Assembly (NCBI GenBank): GCA_963736855.1
Contig: CAVTQK010000009.1
Location: forward strand, 96,001 to 160,000
DNA length: 64,000 nucleotides
From: an uncultured delta proteobacterium
GTDB taxonomy: Bacteria > Desulfobacterota > Desulfobacteria > Desulfobacterales > UBA2156
Direction of reading: 5' to 3'
The position numbers and the translations under genes are program-made. Below are positions 1 through 10,311 of the stretch, one piece after another (within the stretch, counting starts at the first letter, position 1; every line of letters starts with the position of its first letter). Under the pieces are notes generated by a model. The model searched no databases, was not told where the DNA came from, and saw nothing but the letters and a program-made list of their open reading frames with translations.

Positions 1-1
1 G

Positions 2-958
2 TTGACGCTGTTGAACCTTTGCCCGGAACACCGTTGGGCTGCCGTGGAGCTGGGGATGAACCATCCCGGCGAGATCCGACGACTGGCCCGGATCTGCCGG
101 CCGGATGTGGGCGTGATTACCAATGTCGCGCCGGCGCATCTGGAGGGGGTGGGATCAGTGGAGGGGGTTATAGCGGCCAAGGCCGAACTTTTGGAGCATA
201 TTCAAGAGAACGGAACCGTCGTATTGAATGCCGACGATCCGAACGTCTTAAAGATCGCGGACCGAACCGCCGTGGATGTGCTCCTTTACGGGACCACAAA
301 AAGCTCCGCCGTCCGTGGAACGGCGATCCGGGAGACCCGTCGGAAAGTGCATTTTCTTTTACACGTTTCCGGAGCGCACGTTCACGTAGTGCTGAATACG
401 CCGGGAAGGTTTATGGTTTCCAATGCCCTGGCTGCTGCCGCGGTAGGGCATCTGGCGGGCATTTCACCGGATCGGATCCGGGCGGGTCTGGAAGCGTTTG
501 CTCCGGAAAAGGGAAGAATGATCATCGTGAATTTGAAGCGCGCGGTTCGTCTCATCGACGACACCTATAATGCCAATCCGGGATCCATGAAGGCGGCCAT
601 CGACACCCTCATGCGCCTGAAAAAAAAGCAGGGTCGCGCGATATGCGTGCTGGGAGACATGCTGGAATTGGGAGACCATTCAGAATCGTTCCACCATTTG
701 ATCGGAGCGTATGTGAAAAATGCCGGAGCGTTCAGGCTTTGCATAACCGGAAGATTCGCCGATTCAGTGGCGGCGGGTGCCATCGAAGCGGGAATGGATA
801 AAGAGTCGGTTTTAACCGGGACGAAAGAATCCATACTCGAAGATCTTTATGCGATCTTAAGATCCGGCGACTGGGTACTTGTCAAAGGGTCGAGGGGCAT
901 GGCCATGGAGACCGTGGTGCAGGCTTTGAAAGCCTGGGCCGAAAAAAATGGGAAATGA
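2..958 (+). CDS. murF: UDP-N-acetylmuramoyl-tripeptide--D-alanyl-D-alanine ligase (5' truncated by window edge)
   Basis: ELGMNHPGEI, DDTYNANP, LGDMLELG and LVKGSRG motifs; directly upstream of mraY. Confidence 0.95.
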   Translation: MTLLNLCPEHRWAAVELGMNHPGEIRRLARICRPDVGVITNVAPAHLEGVGSVEGVIAAKAELLEHIQENGTVVLNADDPNVLKIADRTAVDVLLYGTTKSSAVRGTAIRETRRKVHFLLHVSGAHVHVVLNTPGRFMVSNALAAAAVGHLAGISPDRIRAGLEAFAPEKGRMIIVNLKRAVRLIDDTYNANPGSMKAAIDTLMRLKKKQGRAICVLGDMLELGDHSESFHHLIGAYVKNAGAFRLCITGRFADSVAAGAIEAGMDKESVLTGTKESILEDLYAILRSGDWVLVKGSRGMAMETVVQALKAWAEKNGK

Positions 959-997
959 GACGAAAATTGCTTCCTGATAGAAAAAAGGCCGGATAGC

Positions 998-2077
998 ATG
1001 TTATACCATATTTTATATGCGTTTCAACCTTATGTATCCGCATTCAATGTTTTCAGGTACATTACTTTCAGAACCATTTATGCGAGTCTGACGGCTTTCT
1101 TGATTTGTTTTTTCTTGGGGCCGTATATGATCCGCAAGATTGCAAAGCTGCAGGTGGGCCAATATATCCGGGAAGACGGTCCGAGCATGCACCATCAAAA
1201 GTCCGGCACCCCAACTATGGGCGGCATCCTGATCCTTATCTCTGTTGTCTCGTCCACGCTTTTATGGGCCAACCTGACGAATTATTACATCTGGATCCTC
1301 CTATTGATCACCGCATCTTACGGTGCCATCGGTTTCGTTGATGACTATCTCAAACAGATCAAGAAGCTGAACAAGGGGCTGACCGGGAAACAGAAACTCT
1401 TCTTTCAGATCGGCGTCGCTTTGCTGGCTGCCCTGCTCATTTATGCGAATTCCGGCTTTGATACCCGGATTATGGTTCCTTTTTTCAAGAATATTTCACC
1501 CGACTTAGGGTGGTTCTACATCTTTTTTGCCGCATGGGTCATCGTCGCGGCTTCGAATGCCGTGAATCTCACGGACGGGCTTGACGGATTGGCCATCGGC
1601 CCCGTGACTATCTCCGCAGCGACCTATATGGTATTCACGTATCTTTCCGGACATGTAAAAATCGCAGATTATCTCCAAATTCAATACGTTTCCGGCTCCG
1701 GAGAGGCGACGATTTTTTGCGGGGCCCTGGTCGGGGCCGGGCTGGGCTTTTTATGGTTCAATACCTATCCGGCACAGATCTTCATGGGTGATGTGGGCTC
1801 CCTTTCCCTGGGGGCGGCTTTGGGTGGCGTGGCGGTGATCAGCAAACAGGAGATTCTTCTGGTTTTGGTGGGAGGCCTTTTCGTCATAGAAGCGCTTTCG
1901 GTGATTTTCCAGGTCGGATACTTCAAGATGACCCATGGCCGCAGGATTTTTCGGATGGCTCCTTTGCATCACCATTTCGAACTCAAGGGATGGCCTGAGC
2001 CGAAGGTCATCGTGCGTTTTTGGATTATCGCCATCGCCCTGGCGCTATTATCCATGAGTACGTTGAAGCTTCGATAA
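998..2077 (+). CDS. mraY: Phospho-N-acetylmuramoyl-pentapeptide transferase
   Basis: [29 protein letters not shown] and MAPLHHHFE motifs; multi-TM. Confidence 0.98.
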   Translation: MLYHILYAFQPYVSAFNVFRYITFRTIYASLTAFLICFFLGPYMIRKIAKLQVGQYIREDGPSMHHQKSGTPTMGGILILISVVSSTLLWANLTNYYIWILLLITASYGAIGFVDDYLKQIKKLNKGLTGKQKLFFQIGVALLAALLIYANSGFDTRIMVPFFKNISPDLGWFYIFFAAWVIVAASNAVNLTDGLDGLAIGPVTISAATYMVFTYLSGHVKIADYLQIQYVSGSGEATIFCGALVGAGLGFLWFNTYPAQIFMGDVGSLSLGAALGGVAVISKQEILLVLVGGLFVIEALSVIFQVGYFKMTHGRRIFRMAPLHHHFELKGWPEPKVIVRFWIIAIALALLSMSTLKLR

Positions 2078-2105
2078 CTCGGGCATCGGATCGACAGAGG
2101 CCAGA

Positions 2106-3506
2106 ATGGTTGTGAAAAAACTTCCTGATTTAACGGCTCTGGAAAACCAGCGGGTGCTCGTGGTGGGATTGGGACTAACGGGAATCGCATTGACGCGATT
2201 TCTGGTGGGAAGAAAAGCAACCGTGACCGTGACGGATCAAAGCGGTGAAGACCGACTCGGGACTTATCCTGAGGAATGTCGCCGTATGGGAGTGACTCTC
2301 GAACTGGGGGGGCACCGGGAAGCTACTTTCAAGAGCGCTGATTGGGTGGTCGTCAGTCCGGGGGTGCCGCTGACGATTCCCCCGATTGCGACGGCCATAA
2401 AGGCAAGGGTTCCAGTGACCGGTGAGATGGAACTGGCCGCCTGTTATATACAGGAGCCCATTGCCGCGGTAACCGGAACCAACGGAAAAACCACAACGAC
2501 CGCCTTGTTGGGAGAGATGTTGAAGAAATCCGGAAAACGGGTTTTTGTGGGAGGAAATATCGGATCCCCCCTCATCGGACATGTGGACCAAGGCCGACCC
2601 GTGGATGCGGTGGTGGTGGAAGTGAGCAGTTTTCAGCTGGATACGGTTCATTCATTCCGTCCGCGTGTGGGGGTCTTGCTGAACGTGACCCCGGACCATC
2701 TGGATCGATACCCGGATCTCATGTCCTATGCGCGGGCCAAGGGGAGGCTTTTTGAAAACCAAACGGAAGAGGACGTGGCCGTATTAAACGGTGGGGATCC
2801 CCTCGTCCGGGAAGTCACCGGCTCCATCCGGAGCCGGCGGCTATTTTTCTCAGGGCGATCGGGAAAAGAATCCGGGGCAATCCCGGCCGGGAATCGGATT
2901 CTTCTTAAAGGGATTTCAAAAGCAAAAAAAGATGTGGATATCCATCCCGGAGATGGATTCAATCTTGAAGGAACTTATTTCACCGGGAGGTACGGACAGG
3001 AAAATGCCGCGGCTGCCTGCCTGGCCGCCCTCTCTGCGGGCGCTACCCATGAGGGGATCCAGGCGGCCTTGAACGCTTTCAAGGGGCTTCCCCATCGCCT
3101 GGAAACCGTGGGGATCATCAACGATGTCCGATTTGTCAACGATTCCAAGGCCACCAATGTCTATTCCGTGCTCTGTGCGCTGGAGGCCTTTGCTTCCCCT
3201 CTTGTTCTCATTATGGGCGGCAGGGACAAGGGGAGCGATTTCACGCTGCTGCGGGAAGGGATCGGTCGTTTTGCCCGAAAAATCATTCTCATCGGGGAGG
3301 CGGCCGGACCGATTCGAAAGGCCCTTAAAGACGTGGTTTCAATGGAGGATGCAACGGACATGGTCGCCGCGGTGAAGGCTGCTTTTCGGGCGGCCTCACC
3401 CGGGGATGTGGTCCTGCTGTCCCCTGCCTGTGCGAGCTTTGACATGTTTTCAAACTATGCTCATCGCGGCGAAAATTTTCGAGAGGCGGTTAAAGCGTTA
3501 TCATGA
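2106..3506 (+). CDS. murD: UDP-N-acetylmuramoyl-L-alanine--D-glutamate ligase
   Basis: VTGTNGKTTTT, GGNIG, EVSSFQL, DHLDRY, NDSKATN and LSPACASFD motifs. Confidence 0.97.
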   Translation: MVVKKLPDLTALENQRVLVVGLGLTGIALTRFLVGRKATVTVTDQSGEDRLGTYPEECRRMGVTLELGGHREATFKSADWVVVSPGVPLTIPPIATAIKARVPVTGEMELAACYIQEPIAAVTGTNGKTTTTALLGEMLKKSGKRVFVGGNIGSPLIGHVDQGRPVDAVVVEVSSFQLDTVHSFRPRVGVLLNVTPDHLDRYPDLMSYARAKGRLFENQTEEDVAVLNGGDPLVREVTGSIRSRRLFFSGRSGKESGAIPAGNRILLKGISKAKKDVDIHPGDGFNLEGTYFTGRYGQENAAAACLAALSAGATHEGIQAALNAFKGLPHRLETVGIINDVRFVNDSKATNVYSVLCALEAFASPLVLIMGGRDKGSDFTLLREGIGRFARKIILIGEAAGPIRKALKDVVSMEDATDMVAAVKAAFRAASPGDVVLLSPACASFDMFSNYAHRGENFREAVKALS

Positions 3507-4669
3507 CGGAGCATCTACCATTTCAGGCAGCGGCTCAAGAGATATCTCAGCCCCAGAAGGCACGCTACGACATTGCCCTCCTTTTTCCGGTGCTCTTTCT
3601 GGTAGGTATAGGAATCGTTATGATTTACAGCTCGAGTTCCGCCCTGGCCTTGAAAAAATTTGGAAGTGACCTCTTTTTTTTGAAAAAACAGGGAATTTTT
3701 GCCATTGTGGGCATTGTTGCGCTGGTCATCTGTCGGCATGTGCCGTATCACTGGTATCGATCTTTGGCCTACCCGTTCATTCTGATATCCATCGTCCTGC
3801 TGGCGGCGATCCATGTCACCCCCTGGGGGTTTTCGGCCGGAGGAAGCGCCCGATGGCTTCGATTCGGAGATTTTTCATTTCAACCCTCCGAGTTCGCCCG
3901 GCTGGCCCTGGTAATTTATCTCGCTTATTCGCTGAGTAAAAAAGGGGAAACCATCCGCGAGTTTACCATCGGGTTTCTGCCCCACGTCGTGGTATTTGTC
4001 GTCTTTGCACTCCTCATCCTGTTCGAACCGGATTTCGGGTCGATGGTGATCCTGGGAGCAATTACGTGGATTATGCTCTTTATCGGGGGGGTGCGCCTCC
4101 TTTATTTAAGCGCCACCGTGCTCCTGCTTCTCCCGGTGGCGTATCTCTTCATGATAAAAGCCCAATATCGGATCCGTCGCCTGGTGAGCTTCATGGATCC
4201 CTGGGCATATCCGGGGGATGAGGGGTATCAGATCATCCATTCCCTTTTGGCTTTTGGAAGCGGGGGGATATGGGGGGTCGGCATCGGCAACGGGTATCAG
4301 AAGCTGTTCTACCTGCCGGAACCGCATACCGATTTTATTTTTTCCATTGTGGGCGAAGAACTGGGGCTCGTGGGGGTCCTTTCCATCCTTGGGCTTTACG
4401 GGCTGATCGTCTGGCGGGGTATCCGGATTGCCAAAAAAACGGTGGATCCTTTTGGGGTGTACCTGGCTGCCGGGTTGACCGTGGCCATAGGGATGCAAGT
4501 ATTCGTGAACATGGGAGTGACTCTTGGGCTCCTCCCGACTAAGGGTTTGACGCTTCCCTTCATGAGCTATGGAGGGTCATCTTTGCTTTTAAACATGGCA
4601 TCCATCGGGATTTTGATGAACATCGACGCCTCTCCCAACAAACTGACGGTAGGGATCAATGGCCGATGA
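3503..4669 (+). CDS. ftsW: SEDS peptidoglycan polymerase FtsW
   Basis: FQPSEF, EPDFG, LPEPHTDFIF and PTKGLTLPFMSYGGSS motifs; position in dcw cluster. Confidence 0.96.
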   Translation: MTEHLPFQAAAQEISQPQKARYDIALLFPVLFLVGIGIVMIYSSSSALALKKFGSDLFFLKKQGIFAIVGIVALVICRHVPYHWYRSLAYPFILISIVLLAAIHVTPWGFSAGGSARWLRFGDFSFQPSEFARLALVIYLAYSLSKKGETIREFTIGFLPHVVVFVVFALLILFEPDFGSMVILGAITWIMLFIGGVRLLYLSATVLLLLPVAYLFMIKAQYRIRRLVSFMDPWAYPGDEGYQIIHSLLAFGSGGIWGVGIGNGYQKLFYLPEPHTDFIFSIVGEELGLVGVLSILGLYGLIVWRGIRIAKKTVDPFGVYLAAGLTVAIGMQVFVNMGVTLGLLPTKGLTLPFMSYGGSSLLLNMASIGILMNIDASPNKLTVGINGR

Positions 4670-5808
4670 ATGCTGTTTCAAGGCCTATCCGCGTGCTGTT
4701 CGGGGGAGGAGGAACCGGCGGACATCTCTTTCCCGGGATCGCCATCGCCCAGGAACTGATGGAGAGAAACAGAGAAAATGAAGTCCTTTTCGTCAATACG
4801 GGAAAACCTTTCGAGCAGAGGGCCTTGGAAAACGCCGGGTTCCGGCAGAGTGTTATTACCTCGGAAGGAATCAAGGGGCGACGCATTCTGGAAAAGTTCA
4901 TATCCCTTGCCAAGATCCCTAAAGGGGTGTGGGATTCACTTAAAATCGTTTTCCGATTCAACCCGGACGTGGTTGTGGGCCTGGGAAGTTATTCCGCCGG
5001 AGTCACGACATTGGCCGGTTGGCTTTTAGGGAAAAAGATCGTGCTTTGCGAACAGAACCGATTGCCGGGAATCACCAACCGCATTCTCTTTTATTTGGCG
5101 GATCGATGTTATGTTTCTTTTCCTGGCACAAGGGAACGCATGAAAAGCAAAAAGGTCGTTTTTACCGGAAATCCGGTCCGCAAATCCGTTTTGAAGGCGG
5201 TTGGGGATGCGGCCCAAAAACCCGGCCGCTCTTTTACGATCCTGGTTATCGGGGGAAGCCAAGGAGCACATGCAATCAATGTGGCCGTGACCCAGGCCCT
5301 TTCCCTGCTGCCGGAAAAACAGCGGTTTCATTTCATTCACCAAACCGGGGCCTCGGATGCATCCTGGGTGGAGGAGGCTTATACTGCTGCGGGGGTTTCC
5401 GGCACCGTTGCCCCGTTTTTCGACGATATGGAAAAGCGGTACGCGGCATCCGATCTGGTCATTTGCCGCTCAGGAGCCTCGACCGTTGCCGAATTAACGG
5501 CCCTGGGGAAGCCGGCCCTGTTCATCCCCTTTCCCTTTGCCGCAGATGACCATCAGACTCAGAATGCACGGGAACTGGCGGACGCGGGTGCCGCCGAAAT
5601 GATCCCCCAGGCGACTTTGGATGCCGGGACATTGGCCGAAAGGATCGTACATCATGCCGCTCACACGGAGGATCTATTACGGATGGCATTGCGCGCAAAA
5701 GAATTTGGGCGGCCCGACGCCGCCTCGGCCATTGTCGACGATATGCTGATGCTCTTTGGCAACGAACCGGCAAAAGGATTGGGCTCGGACCTGGTGGTGA
5801 AAGGATAA
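4666..5808 (+). CDS. murG: Lipid II GlcNAc transferase
   Basis: GGGTGGHLFPG, TGNPVR, GGSQGA and RSGAST motifs. Confidence 0.97.
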   Translation: MNAVSRPIRVLFGGGGTGGHLFPGIAIAQELMERNRENEVLFVNTGKPFEQRALENAGFRQSVITSEGIKGRRILEKFISLAKIPKGVWDSLKIVFRFNPDVVVGLGSYSAGVTTLAGWLLGKKIVLCEQNRLPGITNRILFYLADRCYVSFPGTRERMKSKKVVFTGNPVRKSVLKAVGDAAQKPGRSFTILVIGGSQGAHAINVAVTQALSLLPEKQRFHFIHQTGASDASWVEEAYTAAGVSGTVAPFFDDMEKRYAASDLVICRSGASTVAELTALGKPALFIPFPFAADDHQTQNARELADAGAAEMIPQATLDAGTLAERIVHHAAHTEDLLRMALRAKEFGRPDAASAIVDDMLMLFGNEPAKGLGSDLVVKG

Positions 5809-5818
5809 ACTCAACCGT

Positions 5819-7189
5819 ATGTATTTGAAGAAGTATCATATCCATTTTGTGGGCATCGGCGGCATCGGCATGAGCGGCATAGCCGAACTGCTCCTCAACC
5901 TGGGATATAAGGTATCGGGATCCGACCTAAAGGGATCCGATTTGACCCAGCGGCTCCGGAGGCTGGGCGGCATCATCTACGAAGGGCATGCGGAGCACCA
6001 GATCGAGGGCGCCGACGTGGTGGTGGTCTCTTCGGCGGTGCGACCCGACAACCCGGAAGTTTCAGGGGCAAGGAAGGCATCCATTCCGGTGATTCCCCGG
6101 GCAGAGATGCTGGCGGAGCTGATGCGCCTGAAATACAGTGTGGCCGTGGCGGGTGCCCACGGAAAAACGACCACCACGTCCCTGGTGACCTCGGTGCTGG
6201 CGGCGGGAGGCCTGGACCCCACAGTGGTCATCGGCGGGAAGCTGAAGGGGATCGGGTCCAATGCCGTATTGGGTAAAGGGGATTTCATCGTTGCCGAGGC
6301 CGACGAGAGCGACGGCTCCTTCTTGAAAATGTCGCCCACCATTGCGGTGGTCACCAACATTGATCGGGAGCATCTCGACTATTATGAAGACATGAGCGCC
6401 ATCAAAGAGGCGTTTCTGGCCTTTATTCACCGCATTCCCTTTTATGGTCTGGCGATTTTATGTCTGGACAACGAGCCGATCCAGTCGCTGATTCCTCGCA
6501 TCGGAAAACGGTTTGCCACTTACGGGATGAGCGTCCAGGCTGATTTTCAGGCCAAGGACATTTCCTTCGAAGGGCTCAAGAGTAACTTCCTGGTTTTTTT
6601 CAAGGAGCGGGAACTGGGCCGAATGGTCCTGAACCTGCCGGGGATCCACAATGTTTCCAATGCGCTGGCGGCCGTTGGTGTAGGGATGGAGCTGGGAATC
6701 GGTTTCGAGAAGATTCGAGAAGCCTTGGCGTCGGTGCAGGGGGTTCAACGCCGCCTCGAAATCAAAGGAGAAGTGCGGGGAATTACAGTGGTGGATGATT
6801 ACGGTCATCACCCCACGGAGATTAAAGCCACCCTGGATGCGGTCAAGCAGAGCTGGCCGGACCGGCGCACCGTGGTGGTGTTCCAGCCCCATCGTTATAC
6901 GCGTACCCGCGCGCTCTTCGAAGAGTTCACGCGGGCCTTTTATCAATCCGACATTCTGCTGGTTTTGCCTATATACGCAGCCAGCGAATCGGAAATCGAG
7001 GGGGTGAACGGCCGCATACTCTCCGAAGGCATCCAGGCCCATGGACACAAAGAGGTTCAATATGTGGAAGACCTGGAGACTGTTCCAGCTGTCCTTGATG
7101 GAATTTTACAATCCGGGGATCTCTTGCTCACCCTGGGAGCAGGGGATGTGTGGAAAGCCGGTGAGAAGGTCATAGAAAGGCTGGGATGA
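5819..7189 (+). CDS. murC: UDP-N-acetylmuramate--L-alanine ligase
   Basis: HFVGIGGIGMSGIA, GAHGKTTTT, EADESDGSF, DDYGHHPTE and FQPHRYTRT motifs. Confidence 0.98.
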   Translation: MYLKKYHIHFVGIGGIGMSGIAELLLNLGYKVSGSDLKGSDLTQRLRRLGGIIYEGHAEHQIEGADVVVVSSAVRPDNPEVSGARKASIPVIPRAEMLAELMRLKYSVAVAGAHGKTTTTSLVTSVLAAGGLDPTVVIGGKLKGIGSNAVLGKGDFIVAEADESDGSFLKMSPTIAVVTNIDREHLDYYEDMSAIKEAFLAFIHRIPFYGLAILCLDNEPIQSLIPRIGKRFATYGMSVQADFQAKDISFEGLKSNFLVFFKERELGRMVLNLPGIHNVSNALAAVGVGMELGIGFEKIREALASVQGVQRRLEIKGEVRGITVVDDYGHHPTEIKATLDAVKQSWPDRRTVVVFQPHRYTRTRALFEEFTRAFYQSDILLVLPIYAASESEIEGVNGRILSEGIQAHGHKEVQYVEDLETVPAVLDGILQSGDLLLTLGAGDVWKAGEKVIERLG

Positions 7190-8211
7190 AGGGGGCGGCG
7201 TTAAGCGGTTTTACAGGGATGATGATGGCAAAGGGATCACCTGAAAAGACAAGGCGAGAGAGAGGAGCCCTTGGATGGCCGATCAGGAAGTGGTTGGTCG
7301 ATCATTTTGGGGACCGGGTGGCCTTCGACGAGCCCATGTCCCGGCACACTTCCTTTCGAGTGGGCGGCCCGGCCGACGCCTTTATTTCCCTTAGAGGGAT
7401 CCGGGAACTCACGATGATCGTGCGTTTTTGTAAGGAAAAGGGGATTCCGTATCTTGTCATCGGAGACGGGACCAACCTTTTGTTTACCGATGCGGGGATC
7501 CGGGGTGTGGTGATGACCCTTGCAGCGGGTTTTCGCGAAATCAAAATGATTAAAGACGAGGGTCTCGAGGTGACGGTTCAGGGTATGGCAGGGGTGCGCA
7601 CCCGGATGCTTTGCCGATTTGCAGTCAGGGAAGGATTTGCCGGGCTCAATTTTGCCGTGGGGATCCCCGGGACCGTGGGCGGGGCTCTCATGATGAACGC
7701 CGGAACCCCAAGGGGGTGCATGGCCGATGTGGTGGAGTGTGTCGAAATTTTTCATCCTGAAGGAAGAACAGAAAAATATCCGCGCCATGACCTGCACTTT
7801 GCCTACCGGAAAATGACTTGGGGTTCGGAACCGATCGCCGACAAAGGGAACTCCGTCATCATATCGGGCTTTTTTCGGCTCCGCCGATCCGATGCACGGC
7901 TTTTGAAGATCGAGGCCGACGCAATCCTTAAAGAGCGCAGGGAAAGACAGCCCTGGCGGTTGCCGAGCGCAGGATGTTTTTTCAAAAATCCGATCGGCGA
8001 TAAATCTGCCGGAAATCTCATCGACCGGGCAGGACTCAAAGGAAAGAGCATCGGCGGTGCCCAGGTGTCCAAAAGACATGCCAACTTCATTGTCAACACC
8101 GGCAAAGCCACCGCCTCGGATATACTGGCGCTGGCCGAAGAGATAGAAGAGACGGTGTCGAAGGTTTTCGGCGTGAAGCTTGAACCGGAGGTAAAGATCA
8201 TTGGATCCTAA
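7186..8211 (+). CDS. murB: UDP-N-acetylenolpyruvoylglucosamine reductase (start codon uncertain, may be downstream)
   Basis: HTSFRVGGPAD, GIPGTVGGALMMNAG, PSAGCFFKNP and HANFIVN motifs. Confidence 0.96.
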   Translation: MKGAALSGFTGMMMAKGSPEKTRRERGALGWPIRKWLVDHFGDRVAFDEPMSRHTSFRVGGPADAFISLRGIRELTMIVRFCKEKGIPYLVIGDGTNLLFTDAGIRGVVMTLAAGFREIKMIKDEGLEVTVQGMAGVRTRMLCRFAVREGFAGLNFAVGIPGTVGGALMMNAGTPRGCMADVVECVEIFHPEGRTEKYPRHDLHFAYRKMTWGSEPIADKGNSVIISGFFRLRRSDARLLKIEADAILKERRERQPWRLPSAGCFFKNPIGDKSAGNLIDRAGLKGKSIGGAQVSKRHANFIVNTGKATASDILALAEEIEETVSKVFGVKLEPEVKIIGS

Positions 8212-9049
8212 ACTTAAAAAGAACCGTTACAGGGCCGATCGGAAAACCCAAAAGGAAAAGACCGGTCGCTTTTTCATCAACACCCTTTGGACGATTTTGG
8301 GGTTTTCCGGAGTCATCATCCTGAGTGCGGCGCTCATTTTCTTCCATGACCTGATCACCCAGGTAAGCTATTTCAAAGCAAAGACCATCGTGGTTGAAGG
8401 CAACCGGCAGCTTTCAAGGGAAATGGTACTCGAGCAGGCGCAGATCCGCATTGGGGAAAGTGTTCTCGCCCTGAACCTGAACGTGGCGAGGAAGCGCCTT
8501 GTGGGGCACCCCTGGATCGTTGATGCGACCGTAAAAAGACAGCTTCCGGATACGGTGGAAATCCGGATTCAGGAAGAAGCACCTCTGGCCCTCGTGGATC
8601 TCGGAAAGCTGTTTCTGATCAACAAGGAAGGGGAAATATTCAAAGAATGGTCCCCTTCCGACCCCGAAGATCTGCCGGTCATCCGAGGATTGGATTTCTC
8701 GGACATAAAAACCCCGGGTTCTTCCCCGAGTGCGGCATGGGAAGCGACTTTGGCCGTTTTAGAACTCGCGCAGACCCCTGACGCCATGATTCCCCTCCAC
8801 GTGGTCCGGTCTATTCATGCGGACCCTGAGACCGGGATCACCCTGTGCCTGTTTGATGGTGGGAAAGCGGTTCACATGGGGTTTGACCATTTTGCCGCCA
8901 AATTGCTGGGGCTCAGGCAGGCCCTTTTCCGGTTGAAGATGATCGAAACCATCGAAGATTTCGATGCCATCGACGTGATGGAAAAGGATCGGATCGTCGT
9001 GGTTCCTGTTCGGACCGGACAGGCGTCCGGAACCCACAAGGAGGCCTAA
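8201..9049 (+). CDS. ftsQ: Cell division protein FtsQ/DivIB (TTG start)
   Basis: Basic N-terminus, one TM and a POTRA-like segment (VEGNRQLS...HPWIVDATVKRQLPDTVEIRIQEE); lies between murB and ftsA. Confidence 0.88.
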   Translation: MDPKLKKNRYRADRKTQKEKTGRFFINTLWTILGFSGVIILSAALIFFHDLITQVSYFKAKTIVVEGNRQLSREMVLEQAQIRIGESVLALNLNVARKRLVGHPWIVDATVKRQLPDTVEIRIQEEAPLALVDLGKLFLINKEGEIFKEWSPSDPEDLPVIRGLDFSDIKTPGSSPSAAWEATLAVLELAQTPDAMIPLHVVRSIHADPETGITLCLFDGGKAVHMGFDHFAAKLLGLRQALFRLKMIETIEDFDAIDVMEKDRIVVVPVRTGQASGTHKEA

Positions 9050-10276
9050 ATGCAGCGGGAAAAAGAGATTGTGGTCGGGCTGGACATCGGTACCACCAAA
9101 ATATGCGCTGTGGTGGGTGAAGTCGATGGGAAGGACATCAACATCGTGGGCATCGGCACACACCCTTCCGTCGGCCTGCGGAAAGGCGTTGTCGTCAACA
9201 TCGAGTCGACGGTGGAATCGATTAAAAAGGCCATCGAGGAAGCGGAGCTGATGGCCGGATGCGAAATTTCGTCCGTATATGCCGGGATCGCCGGGGGGCA
9301 TATCACCGGCTTCAACAGCCGGGGCATCATCGCCGTCAAAGGGTCCGAAATCACCCAGCATGACGTGGACCGGGTGGTGGAAGCAGCCCGTGCCGTAGCC
9401 ATTCCCATGGATCGGGAAGTCATCCACGTGATTCCCCAGGAATTCATCGTGGACGATCAGAACGGAATTCAGAACCCGGTGGGCATGTCGGGAGTTCGGC
9501 TGGAGACAAAGATCCACATCGTTACAGGCGCGGTGGCTTCCGCCCACAACATCGTCAAATGCGCCAACCGAGCCGGGCTCGATGTCTGCGATATCGTCTT
9601 GGAGCCGCTGGCCTCCGGGGAGGCGGTTTTGACGGAAGAGGAAAAGGATCTGGGTGGCGCGCTTCTGGACGTGGGCGGAGGGACCACGGACCTGGCGGTT
9701 TTTAAGAATAAAAATGTCAAGCACACCTTCGTTTTGGCCCTTGGGGGAAACAACATCACCAACGATATTGCCGTCGGACTTCGGGCGCCTATGGTTGAGG
9801 CGGAAAAGATCAAGCTTAAATATGGCATTAGTGTCGCGAAAAATGTGAAAACGGATGAGATGATCGAGGTCAGGGGGACTGGGACCCATGCACCTAGAAA
9901 ACTCCCACGGCAAATTCTGGCCGAGATCATCGAACCGCGGATGGAGGAAATCTTCAATATTGTGAAACGGGAGCTGTATCGGGCGGAGATGGAAAACGCC
10001 ATCACCTCCGGGATGGTGATCACCGGAGGTACGGCTCTTCTGGAAGGTGTGGTTGAGGTTGCGGAGTCCATTTTCAACACTCCTGTCCGGATCGGACGAC
10101 CCCAAGGTATCGGCGGGCTCACGGACGTGGTGAACAATCCCATGTATGCCACCGGTGTCGGACTGGTCAAGTACGGGGCGAAAAACATGAATCGAAAAAA
10201 GTTCAGGATCCGGGATCAAAATATTTTCAACCGGATCATGGATCGGATGCGGAGATGGTTTAAGGATGTTATCTGA
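9050..10276 (+). CDS. ftsA: Cell division protein FtsA
   Basis: VGLDIGTTKI, LDVGGGTTD, ITGGTA and YATGVGL motifs. Confidence 0.98.
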   Translation: MQREKEIVVGLDIGTTKICAVVGEVDGKDINIVGIGTHPSVGLRKGVVVNIESTVESIKKAIEEAELMAGCEISSVYAGIAGGHITGFNSRGIIAVKGSEITQHDVDRVVEAARAVAIPMDREVIHVIPQEFIVDDQNGIQNPVGMSGVRLETKIHIVTGAVASAHNIVKCANRAGLDVCDIVLEPLASGEAVLTEEEKDLGGALLDVGGGTTDLAVFKNKNVKHTFVLALGGNNITNDIAVGLRAPMVEAEKIKLKYGISVAKNVKTDEMIEVRGTGTHAPRKLPRQILAEIIEPRMEEIFNIVKRELYRAEMENAITSGMVITGGTALLEGVVEVAESIFNTPVRIGRPQGIGGLTDVVNNPMYATGVGLVKYGAKNMNRKKFRIRDQNIFNRIMDRMRRWFKDVI

Positions 10277-10311
10277 AAATGAATCCGGAAACAGATCAAG
10301 GAGGTGGGGAA

